A stretch of 59,520 nucleotides of DNA, taken from IMG/VR virus record IMGVR_UViG_3300024265_001017, positions 1 through 59,520 of that record, one strand, 5' to 3'. Every line of letters starts with the position of its first letter. Within the stretch, counting starts at the first letter, position 1. The notes beneath the pieces are model-generated. The model was not told where the DNA came from. It ran no database searches and was given only the letters and a program-made list of their open reading frames with translations. The DNA is from a virus. Taxonomy: Duplodnaviria; Caudoviricetes. Of the stretch, positions 8,566-19,046 are shown piece by piece. The translations under genes were made by a program, and so were the position numbers.

Positions 8566-8772
8566 ATGTTTAAGTACTTTGCGGGGAGAGCTAGCCGTAT
8601 GGACATTCTTGACCTTGCCTTGACCAAGTTTGGGGTTATGGTTGGTGTGTTTGCGCTCGTAGCAGCCTCGGCACCCTTTACGGAGTTCATTCGCGGTTTC
8701 AATCCGATAGTGTTGGCGTTAGTGTCTGTGGCTATTATAGCTAGACCATTAGTTCGATTCTATCGCCGGTAA
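8566..8772 (+). CDS. small two-TM membrane protein
   Basis: Two hydrophobic helices, basic C-terminus, GGGGGG RBS. Confidence 0.65.
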   Translation: MFKYFAGRASRMDILDLALTKFGVMVGVFALVAASAPFTEFIRGFNPIVLALVSVAIIARPLVRFYRR

Positions 8773-8808
8773 GCAACCGAATACATTCTAAGCAAAGGGG
8801 GAATAAAA

Positions 8809-8970
8809 ATGAGATTCAAAGGCAAAAGAACCTACGGGTTCATCGTCGCTACTGTTCTTGTGGCAGTGATTAGTGTTCTTGACGGAGCGGTAATCATCTC
8901 ACCAGAGATAACGGCAGCGGGAATCGCCTTGCTTGGTGCAATAGCGGTTTATTTCCGTAAGGTAGCCTAA
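8809..8970 (+). CDS. small two-TM holin-like protein (53 aa; not in ORF track)
   Basis: MRFKGKRTYGFIVATVLVAVISVLDGAVIISPEITAAGIALLGAIAVYFRKVA; AAGGGGG RBS. Confidence 0.6.
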   Translation: MRFKGKRTYGFIVATVLVAVISVLDGAVIISPEITAAGIALLGAIAVYFRKVA

Positions 8971-8996
8971 CAAACTAAATTTAAGGAGGTAGTAAC

Positions 8997-9476
8997 ATGG
9001 CAGTAACAGAAGAAAGAACTGGTAGATTCGTTATCAAGCGAGTCAAGAATAAAGGCAACGACAACTACCGAACAATCGCCTTTGACGAGGACGACAAACA
9101 GGTAGGCAGCACTTTCGATGAAGAGATAGCCGACAAGCTTGCGGCATACCCAGAGGGTGCGGAGATAACTCTTGAACTTGATAAGAGCGGTCGGTTCTGG
9201 GATATTGTTGGCGCTCGCTTAGCCGATGAGGGAGACCAGAGCGGAGCTAAAGCTGAAAAGGCAGCGCCCAGTGGTGGGAGTAGCAGGCCCACATTCAACA
9301 ACAGGGACATGACCTATTTCATCGGTAGCTCAGCCCGAGTCATAGCGGCTCTTGTCCACGCATCTGAGGACTACAGAGACAAGATAGAGGACGCTACTGA
9401 CCCAGTTGAGGCAATTCATAAGGATATCGTTTTCGGGGCGAAACTCCTTTTCAATGAAGCGAACAAAGGTAGCTAA
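8997..9476 (+). CDS. hypothetical protein, possible OB-fold ssDNA-binding protein
   Basis: Strong AAGGAGG RBS, beta-rich N-terminus, lies directly before the primase. Confidence 0.5.
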   Translation: MAVTEERTGRFVIKRVKNKGNDNYRTIAFDEDDKQVGSTFDEEIADKLAAYPEGAEITLELDKSGRFWDIVGARLADEGDQSGAKAEKAAPSGGSSRPTFNNRDMTYFIGSSARVIAALVHASEDYRDKIEDATDPVEAIHKDIVFGAKLLFNEANKGS

Positions 9477-11431
9477 TGTACCCTGAATTAACTCTCTATA
9501 GAGAGCTTGGTTGGACGGCTTTTCCCCTCGCTAAGAGGGGGAAGCGTCCGACTGGTGACATAAAGTGGAAGTCATTGCAGACAACGGCACCCGACGATGA
9601 CCTATATGACCACTACTGCCGAAAGATTGAGCGCGAGGACATGAACATCGGCCTGGTCACTGGCAAACTTAGCAACCTATATGTGGTAGACTTTGATTAT
9701 GCACATGGCGGAGCAGAGACATTAAAAGAGCTATGTGATGATGGCACCATTGACTTACTCACTACGCCGAGCGTCGATACCCCACACGGCAAGCATGTGT
9801 ACTTTGCATTCCCCGCTGTCGAACTGCGAAACACTGCGGCGCGACTGCCGGGACTAGATACACGCGGCGAGGGCGGTTATGTTGTAGCGCCCCCAAGCAA
9901 GCTAGAGGATGGAGAGTACAGATGGTTTACGCCGTTAGAGGAACCAATCGACCTACCGGAAGTGCCAGTGGCGCTAGTGGAACTGTTAAACAAACCCGCA
10001 GTGGTAGCTGCCACCGGCTCGAACGAGTACGCTCCGCTGCTTGAGGGAGTAAGCGAGGGAGGGCGTAACAATTCAGCAGCTATCTTGGCTGGTCACTTCT
10101 TCAACAAGGGACTGTCTGCCGATGTGGTGCTTACTATCCTAAGAGACTGGAATGGAAGAAACGACCCACCGCTCAAGGAGACAGAGCTTGAGTCAGTGGT
10201 CGCTAACATCAAAGGCAAAGAAGTTGAAAAACGGACAGACAACCACCCCTCGCCTACCCAGTTTGACATACCCGACATACCCATACTGAGTGACTACGTT
10301 GATTTGGCGAGCGGTGCCATCCCCGCGCCGAAGAGTTACCATGTGATGTGTTGCTTGAGCTTGCTGTCCACACTGCTCTCTGAGAACGTGGCCCTATCGC
10401 TCAAGTCCGATTGGTTGTACCCCAATCTATATATTATGCTCTTGGCAGACACTACTTGGACATATAAGACGACAAGCATGAAACGCTCTTTGGCCCTACT
10501 GGACAAGGTGTACCCAGAAGCAGTAATCGGTAGTGGTGGGTCACCCGAAGGACTGTTCTATGCGCTGTCGGAAAGACAGGGAATATCTTCTCTCTTCTTT
10601 AGAGATGAAGCGGTCGGTTTCTTCTACGAGGCAGGCCAGAAGAATTATATGAGCGGGATGCTTGACAGTCTGACAAAGTTCTACGATTGCCAGTCGGAGC
10701 GTCGAGTACTCGCTGGTGACCAACGCCAGAACCAAGTCGTTCGTACTGTACACATTAGAGACCCGCGACTGTCCTTGATGGCAGGCGGCACCCTGACTCG
10801 TTTCTTCGATGTGATTGACGAGGACAAGATAATGGATGGTTTCTTGCCACGCTTCCTCTTCTCAGTTAAGGAAGGGAATGCGAGCAGTCTCCGCCCGTTG
10901 GAGATGGCAGACAATAAGTACACGCGGGACAGTGACATTCTACTCCAAAATATTATGGGCTTGTATCTCAAGGGCAAGCGGCAGATGACAACGACTCAGC
11001 CCGTGTTGGACATGCACCATGAATACATGGTCGAGCTTGTCACTAGCGAGCTTTCCAGATATGGTGGACGAGATTTCGGCGGCGTGTACAACCGGCTGGC
11101 GATAAGTGTCTTAAAGGTAGCCATGATATTGGCTTGTACAGAGGGGAAGCAAAAGGTGACATTGACAAAGAAACATTTACAGAACGCCATCTTGCTTGCC
11201 CAAGAGTGGAAGCAATCGCTAGACTTCATAATCAAAACGGTTGGTAAGCCGAGCAAAGAACGCATGTACGACAAGGTGCTTGGGCATCTTACGGACTGTG
11301 GAGGAACGACTACACGCTCCGCACTGATGAAACTGTTCCACTTGGAGAGCAGAGAGATGACGCGCATCGTTGACACCCTGCTTGACCGAGAGCAGATAGT
11401 TTGTAACGGAAAGCTGGTGAGCATAAGATAA
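9476..11431 (+). CDS. bifunctional primase-polymerase with PriCT and DUF3987-like domain
   Basis: FPL....KRP, NIGL.TG..S...VVD.D, T..G.H.YF, D.RG.GGYVVAPPS; G..EGGRNN (PriCT); KTT, SPEGL, DE, GFLPRF. Confidence 0.9.
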   Translation: MYPELTLYRELGWTAFPLAKRGKRPTGDIKWKSLQTTAPDDDLYDHYCRKIEREDMNIGLVTGKLSNLYVVDFDYAHGGAETLKELCDDGTIDLLTTPSVDTPHGKHVYFAFPAVELRNTAARLPGLDTRGEGGYVVAPPSKLEDGEYRWFTPLEEPIDLPEVPVALVELLNKPAVVAATGSNEYAPLLEGVSEGGRNNSAAILAGHFFNKGLSADVVLTILRDWNGRNDPPLKETELESVVANIKGKEVEKRTDNHPSPTQFDIPDIPILSDYVDLASGAIPAPKSYHVMCCLSLLSTLLSENVALSLKSDWLYPNLYIMLLADTTWTYKTTSMKRSLALLDKVYPEAVIGSGGSPEGLFYALSERQGISSLFFRDEAVGFFYEAGQKNYMSGMLDSLTKFYDCQSERRVLAGDQRQNQVVRTVHIRDPRLSLMAGGTLTRFFDVIDEDKIMDGFLPRFLFSVKEGNASSLRPLEMADNKYTRDSDILLQNIMGLYLKGKRQMTTTQPVLDMHHEYMVELVTSELSRYGGRDFGGVYNRLAISVLKVAMILACTEGKQKVTLTKKHLQNAILLAQEWKQSLDFIIKTVGKPSKERMYDKVLGHLTDCGGTTTRSALMKLFHLESREMTRIVDTLLDREQIVCNGKLVSIR

Positions 11432-13689
11432 TGGCTAAGAAGAAAGAGCCTGGTTGCACTGGCTGTTCCTTTCGAGGGAACAAGCGACTACTGCCTATGA
11501 TTGCCGAAGATGACGGCAACGGCATCCCTCTACGGACATTGTTTGTTGGGGAGTCACCCACATGGGACGATATGGAAGCTGGTAAGCTGGGAGAGGAAGA
11601 GCTGTTCAAGCAGATGGTCGAACGGTTCAAAATCTCCCGCTATGCGTTTACCAACGTGGCGCTATGTAACCCACCCAAGGACAAGAAGGCAAAGGTTGCC
11701 GAGGTAGAGAGCTGTTCCATATTTCTCGATGCTTTCATAGAGACCTGGCGACCGAATCAAATAGTCTGCTTGGGCAAGCTTGCTGCCCGAGCGATACTTG
11801 GGAAAGAAGTAGCGGCCCAGAAGATGTATAAGCTCCGCGAGCAGTCGCCCATCAGAATCAACGACAACACAGAGCAAGCGGCGAACGTCTTTGTCACTTA
11901 CAGCCCGAAGGCAGTATACAAGCGCCCGAAACTGATAGACGACTTTGTGGCTGACTTTGACTTTATAATGCACCCGCCTGTCCCTACGTGGATAGACCCA
12001 GCAAGCGAGTTTAAGAAGTCCCGCGCCGAGTGGCTTGCTTGGTATGGTGGATACACAGAGAATGGCGAGACAAGAGGCGATATCTTTCCAGAGGCATTTG
12101 CTGAGCCGTGCGCCCTTGACTTTGAGACAACGGGACTGCATCCGATACGCAACCGGCCAGTCACCATAGCGCTGTCTTGGTGGGCAGAGGAGTCCATTGT
12201 CGTCAACCTACACGACATGACAGACGAGGAGATGGCGCTCACTCTCCAAGAGATAGACGATTTGATAAGGCTGAGTGCTTGCGTTGTCTATCACAATGCA
12301 AAGTTCGATATGAAATTCTTCAAGCAGTGGGGTGGAATCAAACCCCCGCTGGGATGGGATACAAAGCTCGCTGATTACACGTTGACAGGAAACCCAGAGG
12401 CTAGCCGTGGGCTAAAGTATCTAGCGCGTAGAAAGATGTTTGCGCCAGCGTACAATGAGGACATAGTATTCGACGGGACGACACCCATTGAAGACATGGC
12501 AACCTATAATGGACAAGATTCATCAACCACTCTCCAGCTCTATGATATACAGCGCAAGCTCCATCCAGACCTCGACTTGTTGGAACACCTATACGAGTCT
12601 ACCGACATGCTTGTAGACGCTGAGTTGACGGGAGCGCCGGTTAAAGAAGAGTGGCTGGACGAGCGAGCAACCGTGTTGACTGAGGAGACTGACAGGCTCC
12701 AGGCAGAGTTCGATGCCGAAGAATTGAACCCAAATAGTTATAAGCAGATACGCGCATACTTTGATATAAAAGAGTCGGACAAGGAAGCGCTCAAAGAACT
12801 GAAAGACCCAATGGCAGATAAGATTCTCGCATTTCGAGCGAGCGCCAAAGAGCTTAGCACATATGTAACCGGATTCTCAGAGCATATAGTAGACGGTAGA
12901 GTCCATACGGACTACATAGTGCCAGGTACGTTGACTGGCAGGCTCGCATCACGCGGCCCGAACATGCAGAACCTAAAGGCAAGCGACGAGGCAGAGCATG
13001 ACTACCAGGCGGTAGTAGCATCGAACGACCCCAGCAAAAGGGTTGTTCACTTTGACTATAGCCAGGTTGAGATGCGAATAATGGGTATCGAGTCACTAGA
13101 TGAACGCCTGCTCGACGTATTTCAGAGCGGTCGGAGCATTCATGCCGAACTTGCTATCGAGATAAACGGTGAGAACTATACCGACCGCCAGTACACCAAT
13201 GCCAAGTCTGCGAACTTCGGTATCATTTATGGCATCAGTCCGTTCGGACTATCGCATCTTATGAAATCGACAGAAGAGGAAGCAGGCGTGTACTTGAACA
13301 CTTGGTACGACATGTATCCCCAAGTGAGCGTTTGGCAGCGCAAGATTAGAAAGCTGATTAAGGAACAGGGTTACGTTGAGACTCCGTTTGGTCGGCGCAG
13401 GCGCTTTGACCTTGAGGGCTTGGTAGTCAAGCAGTCTACCATTTTCCGAGAGGGAATCAACTTTCCCATCCAGAGTTTTGCTTGTGACGTTTATCTATCG
13501 GCTGCTCTGGCTATCTGGAAAGAGACTGGTGTCTACCCCATCCAACTAGTGCATGACGAGCTTGTCTATGAGTTGGATGTTTACGGGATAGATGATACAA
13601 TGGATTACATTAGCTGGAAGATGCGAAAGGTCGGAGAAGACTTAACTGGCAACGTGATACCTATACCAGCAGAAGTAAAGGGGGCTTGA
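11431..13689 (+). CDS. family A DNA polymerase with N-terminal UDG-like domain and 3'-5' exonuclease
   Basis: C..C, FVGESP, TNV.LC.PP, CLG..A (UDG4-like); DFETTG, HNAKFD, YN..D (exo); TGRLAS..PNMQN, DYSQVEMR, AK..NFGIIYG, VHDE (pol). Confidence 0.92.
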   Translation: MAKKKEPGCTGCSFRGNKRLLPMIAEDDGNGIPLRTLFVGESPTWDDMEAGKLGEEELFKQMVERFKISRYAFTNVALCNPPKDKKAKVAEVESCSIFLDAFIETWRPNQIVCLGKLAARAILGKEVAAQKMYKLREQSPIRINDNTEQAANVFVTYSPKAVYKRPKLIDDFVADFDFIMHPPVPTWIDPASEFKKSRAEWLAWYGGYTENGETRGDIFPEAFAEPCALDFETTGLHPIRNRPVTIALSWWAEESIVVNLHDMTDEEMALTLQEIDDLIRLSACVVYHNAKFDMKFFKQWGGIKPPLGWDTKLADYTLTGNPEASRGLKYLARRKMFAPAYNEDIVFDGTTPIEDMATYNGQDSSTTLQLYDIQRKLHPDLDLLEHLYESTDMLVDAELTGAPVKEEWLDERATVLTEETDRLQAEFDAEELNPNSYKQIRAYFDIKESDKEALKELKDPMADKILAFRASAKELSTYVTGFSEHIVDGRVHTDYIVPGTLTGRLASRGPNMQNLKASDEAEHDYQAVVASNDPSKRVVHFDYSQVEMRIMGIESLDERLLDVFQSGRSIHAELAIEINGENYTDRQYTNAKSANFGIIYGISPFGLSHLMKSTEEEAGVYLNTWYDMYPQVSVWQRKIRKLIKEQGYVETPFGRRRRFDLEGLVVKQSTIFREGINFPIQSFACDVYLSAALAIWKETGVYPIQLVHDELVYELDVYGIDDTMDYISWKMRKVGEDLTGNVIPIPAEVKGA

Positions 13690-13778
13690 TGGATATACTA
13701 ATCTATGTAGCGTTTGTAAGTGCCTGCTTATTCTGCGGGTACGCAATGGTAAGAGCTAACTAGGAAGGAGATTGAGCA

Positions 13779-14921
13779 ATGGGCAGGAATGGCAAAGAAG
13801 AAGATGAACGGAAAAATAGATTGATTCGAGAGAACTGGCAGCTTAGCTATACGGAGCTTGCTGAGATAACAGGCCAGAAAGTAGACTCCGTTCGCAAGAT
13901 GTACAGACGAATGGGCTTGCCACCTAAACGAGCAAACCCACAGTACGTGGCAGGCGGACTTTCAATGGACGAGGAAGCGATGAAAAAGTACCTTAAACGT
14001 CCGCGGACTATCGAGGAGGTATGCGACCGCTTCAACATTCCCCCGAAGAAAGTACGGGAGTTCATCGAAGAGTTGAGGGACAACCATCACGTAATAGACG
14101 TTGCCGATGATAGGATATCGCTTGGCAAAGACATTGCCCCCAACTACAAGCCAGTGGTTGTGGACTTCAACAAGTACAAGGAGACTGAGGTGCCGTTTGG
14201 CTTTGTGGCCGATGCTCACATTGGCTCCAAGTACGAACGCTTGGACGTTCTGAATGATATCTATGACCGCTTCCAAGCCGCGGGAGTAACCACTGTCTAC
14301 CAGGGTGGGAACATTATCGACGGTGAGGCCCGATTCAATAAATTCGATATCTATGTTCACGGAGTCAATGACCAAGTGAAGAATCTCATAGAGAAGTATC
14401 CCCAGCGCAAGGGCATTACAACGCGCTTTGTGACGGGTGATGACCATGAGGGCTGGTACGTTCAGCGCGAACACATTAACATCGGTGAAGTCATAGAGTC
14501 GATGGCCAACTCAGTTGGCAGACAAGACCTACATCACTTGGGGTATATGGAAAGAGATATCGCTCTCAAGCAGGGCGATAAGGAGTCCATCATTCGAGTG
14601 ATACATGCTGGTGGCGGCAGCTCCTACGCGCTCAGTTATTCGAGCCAGAAGTATGCCGAGAGTCTACAAGGCGGAGAGAAACCATCCATCATATTGGTTG
14701 GTCACTTTCACAAGTTCGACTATTCCTATCCGCGAGAGATTTACATGATACAGGGCGGTTGCACCGAAGACCAAACCCCCTTCATGCGGAAGAGGAAACT
14801 GCAAGCTATGATAGGCGGAGTCATCTTGTGGGTGAAGCAAGCGGAGAACGGAGTCATTCGCTCAGTCAAAGTCGAGTGGATGCCGTACTACGATAAAAAA
14901 TTCTACGCATACAGGTGGTGA
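13779..14921 (+). CDS. calcineurin-like metallophosphoesterase with N-terminal HTH domains
   Basis: DAHIG, GNIIDG, GDDHE, IHAG, GHFH motifs. Confidence 0.85.
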   Translation: MGRNGKEEDERKNRLIRENWQLSYTELAEITGQKVDSVRKMYRRMGLPPKRANPQYVAGGLSMDEEAMKKYLKRPRTIEEVCDRFNIPPKKVREFIEELRDNHHVIDVADDRISLGKDIAPNYKPVVVDFNKYKETEVPFGFVADAHIGSKYERLDVLNDIYDRFQAAGVTTVYQGGNIIDGEARFNKFDIYVHGVNDQVKNLIEKYPQRKGITTRFVTGDDHEGWYVQREHINIGEVIESMANSVGRQDLHHLGYMERDIALKQGDKESIIRVIHAGGGSSYALSYSSQKYAESLQGGEKPSIILVGHFHKFDYSYPREIYMIQGGCTEDQTPFMRKRKLQAMIGGVILWVKQAENGVIRSVKVEWMPYYDKKFYAYRW

Positions 14922-14925
14922 TAAC

Positions 14926-15294
14926 GTGGAAGACCTTAAAAACATACGAGCAGCAAAGATGGGCGTGATACAGTTCAAAGCTTTTAAGTCAGTGCTGCCC
15001 AAAGGCATCGGTCTCTCAGACATTGATGGAGAGCTTGAACGCCACCGCTGGTTTCTTAGACTAGAGAAGAAGAAGGTGGGTAGCGAAGTAAGCGAAGGCC
15101 AGCGTATCTTGTTGGAGCATCTGTCTGACTTACCCGAGTTCACAGTGGTACTCTTTTGGGGGAGCGAGTTCAATCCCAAGAGCGTCGAACACTGGTGCGG
15201 GAGACACCACCGACAAGTGCCATCACTGCTTGACTTCATCGGCAGCTGGTGGCAATGGGCCAACAAACAACCGAACGCCCCGAGGAGGGACTGA
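14926..15294 (+). CDS. hypothetical protein, possible PD-(D/E)XK fold
   Basis: SDIDG..E....FL.LE.K......GQ pattern. Confidence 0.55.
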   Translation: MEDLKNIRAAKMGVIQFKAFKSVLPKGIGLSDIDGELERHRWFLRLEKKKVGSEVSEGQRILLEHLSDLPEFTVVLFWGSEFNPKSVEHWCGRHHRQVPSLLDFIGSWWQWANKQPNAPRRD

Positions 15295-15296
15295 TT

Positions 15297-15632
15297 GTGA
15301 GACTAGTTTTAGTAGAGTGGGAAGACATAGTGGGGGTTGGCCATCAGGCTATCCCCAAGCATGAGAGTGACTTAAAGCAGTTCGAGCTGGTCAAGCAGAC
15401 GACCGGGTTCTTGATTGAGTTTGCCAACCACTATGTTATAGTGACGGACTACGATGTGACCCATGAGGGAGAAGGGTATTGCCATAATGACTTTACTATT
15501 ATCCCCAAGGGAGCGGTTCGTAACATTAGGGATTTGTACATGACAGAGGCCCACGGCGACCGACCGCTTTATGGGGTTGGGGGTAAGTTTGACAGAGACT
15601 TACCAACCGATGATACGGTGGCGAGGGACTGA
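15297..15632 (+). CDS. hypothetical protein
   Basis: LVLVEWED...GFL...IPKG.V pattern; GAGGGG RBS. Confidence 0.65.
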   Translation: MRLVLVEWEDIVGVGHQAIPKHESDLKQFELVKQTTGFLIEFANHYVIVTDYDVTHEGEGYCHNDFTIIPKGAVRNIRDLYMTEAHGDRPLYGVGGKFDRDLPTDDTVARD

Positions 15633-15898
15633 TGGGCATTAGAAACGTGAATTGTGAGGGACAAGTTACCGCTATGACTTCGAGCTTTCGGATGACAGAC
15701 GAACAGGTCATGGCAGAGTGTGATAAGTACAAGGACAGAAAGGCAGTTGCCGTCTTTCGTAGTGAAGACGCGACGGTCATTGTTGGGATGCTATATCCGA
15801 TAGAAAACGTTGATATAGGCAAGCACGTAAATCCCTACGAAAAAATCGACAGAATGGATGGCTTACCGTCAAGAGATGACGGCTGGCCGGAGGGGTGA
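15632..15898 (+). CDS. hypothetical protein
   Basis: TGATG translational coupling. Confidence 0.6.
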   Translation: MGIRNVNCEGQVTAMTSSFRMTDEQVMAECDKYKDRKAVAVFRSEDATVIVGMLYPIENVDIGKHVNPYEKIDRMDGLPSRDDGWPEG

Positions 15899-15904
15899 TA
15901 AGCA

Positions 15905-16279
15905 ATGTTTAGCTTAGCAGTAATAGGTAGTCGGTCATTCAAAGACTACGAGACACTGGAATATGAGATTGACAGAATCTTTCGGCGCAAGAAACTAGAC
16001 AGGCCCGAGCGTAATATGTGCATAGTATCGGGTGGGGCGCGTGGAGCAGACCGCTTAGCAAAGCGCTACGCCGACGAACATCCAGAGGTTGATTACGTCG
16101 AGCATCCTGCCGACTGGCAAAAGCATGGGAAGAAGGCAGGCATGTTGCGGAACTTGGATATCGTCAAAGACTGCCATCAGGTGCTTGCTTTCTGGAACGG
16201 AAAGTCTAAGGGCACCAAGCACACGTTGGGCCTGGCAGAGACACTTGGCAAACCCATCAAGGTGGTGAGATTCCGATGA
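15905..16279 (+). CDS. SLOG family protein (DUF2493/YspA-like)
   Basis: VIGSRSF.DY, IVSGGARGAD.LA, ADW..HGK.AG..RN, AFWNG.SKGT. Confidence 0.88.
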   Translation: MFSLAVIGSRSFKDYETLEYEIDRIFRRKKLDRPERNMCIVSGGARGADRLAKRYADEHPEVDYVEHPADWQKHGKKAGMLRNLDIVKDCHQVLAFWNGKSKGTKHTLGLAETLGKPIKVVRFR

Positions 16280-17682
16280 CAAAAGAAGAGCTAGAAGCTG
16301 AGAAAAAGAACAGCTTTGACTTAGGTCATGCTGCCGGTTACCAGGCTGGTTACATGCGGGGTTATCTGGATGATAAGATAGACCGCTTATCAGAGGCAGC
16401 AGGGGAATACAAGGAAGCGATAGACAAACTAGCAGAGGAGGGCGAATGATGTTTGGATTAAGAAAACGAATACAACAAATCGAGGGCAAGCTTTTCCACG
16501 ATAACTTTAGCAAGCAGGCCGACAAAGCACATGCTTCAATACTTGCCGAGCGCAACCGCATACTGGAAGAGCGTGTACTCCATTTGGAGAAGGCACTTGC
16601 ATGGCATGTAGGCACTAGCATAGAGATTATTCTTGCCGAAGAGAAAATCGTCAAGCTTAAATTAGAAGAGAGTAAGCAAAGACTCGCAGAGAGCGGCGAC
16701 TGTGGAACACCCCAAGAACAAATGGAAGGAATGAGGATTGATGGCCCAGGAACAGAAGTGGAGTGAGAGTTCGGTTGCCGTTAAGAAATGTTTGTGTCCG
16801 CATGGTGACCAAGATAGGAAGTATGGCAAAGGCAGGCGGCTACATAACCGCACCCAACAAAAGGCAGAGAAGGGCGAGCGTGGTTGGCGCTGTACTGTCT
16901 GCGGGAATGTGAAAAACTGATGTTTAAGAAACCGAGAGAGGCAACAGAGGGGGAGCAGTTACGGGATGCTCTCTCTCTCAAGGACACAAAGATATCGGTC
17001 ATTGCTAAGAACGGCAAACGTTGGACGTTTGTAAACGATACGATGGCTGAGTGTACAGTACAGTTAAGCGCCATCACTGTAACAGAGACACCAAGCAAGA
17101 TGGACGTTATAACGCGCTTCAAACTCGAAGCAAAGAACGGGAGGCTAGGCTGATGAAATTACTATTCTGTCCAGAGTGTACCGATGTACGAAAGCTTGAA
17201 CAAGAGCCAGAGATTACCGAATGCAAGTGTGGCAAGAGCTGGGGCTTTTATAAGTCTGATGGCTGGAACGCTGTCATTGCTGGCAAGGGTTTGGCAATCG
17301 GCATAGACAACAATTCGCTTGCTTATGCAAAGAAGCAGCGACTCACAGAAGGCAGTCCAAAGTCCGTTTGGTTGAGTGCCTGGCTGATGGCAGAAGACCA
17401 TGACACGATTGACAATCGAAGAGATACCCCAGTGAAGATAGGGAGGGACGACTGATGAAAGTTGAGTATAAGATACCAGCGAACGGTGGGCATCTTGTCT
17501 ATTGTCCGCACTGTGGTAAGAAAATGGAGCGATACAAAGCAACTGCCGTTATGTACTGCCTAGACTGTCAACGGGGGTTCGCTATCTATCACGGCTCTTC
17601 TACCGGCACCATCGGTATGTACCAGATGACAGAGGTAGAGATGATAGCAGGCGAGCTAGAAAGAATCGAGGCGGGTGACTAA
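16276..17682 (+). other. cluster of six small coupled hypothetical ORFs (16276-16449, 16446-16766, 16738-16920, 16920-17153, 17153-17455, 17455-17682), several Zn ribbons
   Basis: Mostly ATGA/TGATG overlaps; CxxC pairs in three of them. Confidence 0.6.
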
Positions 17683-17945
17683 TGTTTGGAGAGACAAAAG
17701 TACGGTGTGACCAATATAACTGTGAGCATCATGTGACGGGTGGGTTTTGCAGGGCCGAACAAGTAACGCTTGTGGAGGCACCAGGCGGGTTCTGGCTCTC
17801 TTGTCGAATGAAGACGAATGGGAAGAGATGGAAACCAGAGAAAGAACAACACGTATGCGGTAAGCAGGGCTTTGGTGTAGGCCCAGAAGGTCTCTTTGAT
17901 ATTTGCCAAGCGTGTGAAGATGAAAAAAAAGAGGAAGGGTTTTGA
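17682..17945 (+). CDS. DUF1540-like Cys-rich protein
   Basis: V.C....C.H.....C.A..V motif. Confidence 0.55.
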   Translation: MFGETKVRCDQYNCEHHVTGGFCRAEQVTLVEAPGGFWLSCRMKTNGKRWKPEKEQHVCGKQGFGVGPEGLFDICQACEDEKKEEGF

Positions 17946-17946
17946 G

Positions 17947-18345
17947 ATGAAGCAGGGAGCAGCAAACAAGCAAGCGGGGAACAGACTGGAACGACTCGCT
18001 TGCCGATGGGCGCTAGAGAATACAAGCGGTCTACATAAGGCCGTCGAAGAGATAGCCACCCCAACCGGCAGAGTCGGCAACTATGCCAACTTGGAAATAG
18101 ATGGTGTCTTTGTCGAGTACGCTATGGAGTGCAAATCACGTAAGAATCTACCCCAGTGGCTTGTGTATGGCCTCATGGAACAAGCTGTAGCTGCTGCTGA
18201 GCGGTTTCACAACCACCCTCTGCTGGTACTCTATTCCAAAACCCTTAGAAACGATTACAGGACTTGGCACTTGATTCAACCCGAGCGTCACGCGGAGCTT
18301 TTGAAGTGTGAAAAGTACTGCAAACAACAGGGGGTAGTTAAATGA
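17947..18345 (+). CDS. putative Holliday junction resolvase (PD-(D/E)XK)
   Basis: K..G.R.ER...D....E.K.R....W...EQA pattern. Confidence 0.65.
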   Translation: MKQGAANKQAGNRLERLACRWALENTSGLHKAVEEIATPTGRVGNYANLEIDGVFVEYAMECKSRKNLPQWLVYGLMEQAVAAAERFHNHPLLVLYSKTLRNDYRTWHLIQPERHAELLKCEKYCKQQGVVK

Positions 18346-18910
18346 GGTTGTGGTGGATAAGAGCTTTGGCAGGTATTTTTTACGAACGAGGGCAAGAGAT
18401 TAAGCGGCTTAACAAGGAGCTTTCTCAAGCTAAACAAACGATATTTGAACTGGAAGACGACCGAGATTTGATGGTTCGGAAGTTCGATGAAGACTTGGAA
18501 AATGCGATAGACTTCTACGGGGGGAAAGAATGAGCGCTCTTAGCTACACGGGCAAACTTAGATTAGTGGGGAGAGATAACGGTCGGTCGTTCTGCTTTAC
18601 AGAGGCAAAGATTAAGCTCTGGATGATTCCCTATCGAGCGGCAGAGGAAGAGAGAATCGACATGTGGCACACGTATCTTAGCGGCCCCCAGCTGGGAGAG
18701 TGGGGTGGCAACTTCATACTGCCTTTTGGTGCTGCTATGCACAAGCACTTAGATAGATACTGGATGGAGACTGACCATCACCGAGGGGATATCTGGCTGA
18801 CAAGCGCTGAGATATTAGATGGGCTTGTAGACGTTGAGTTACGCGGGTCAGGCGACCTTATCTCTATAGATATGGAGAACGAACTTAAAAAGATGCTCTA
18901 TAAACCCTAA
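18342..18910 (+). other. two hypothetical ORFs (18342-18533 coiled-coil; 18530-18910) ending the + arm
   Basis: ATGA overlaps and RBSs; convergent with the - arm. Confidence 0.6.
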
Positions 18911-19046
18911 GCGCTTTTTCTCTCTGCGTTGACAGCAAAGTCGAGCATACACAAACCAACTAATAGAGCAAGTGTATCCTCAAATTCTTTTTGGTCTCCA
19001 GTGCCATTGGCGTACATGCTGAGAAGTTTTTCCCGAAGTTCTTGAA

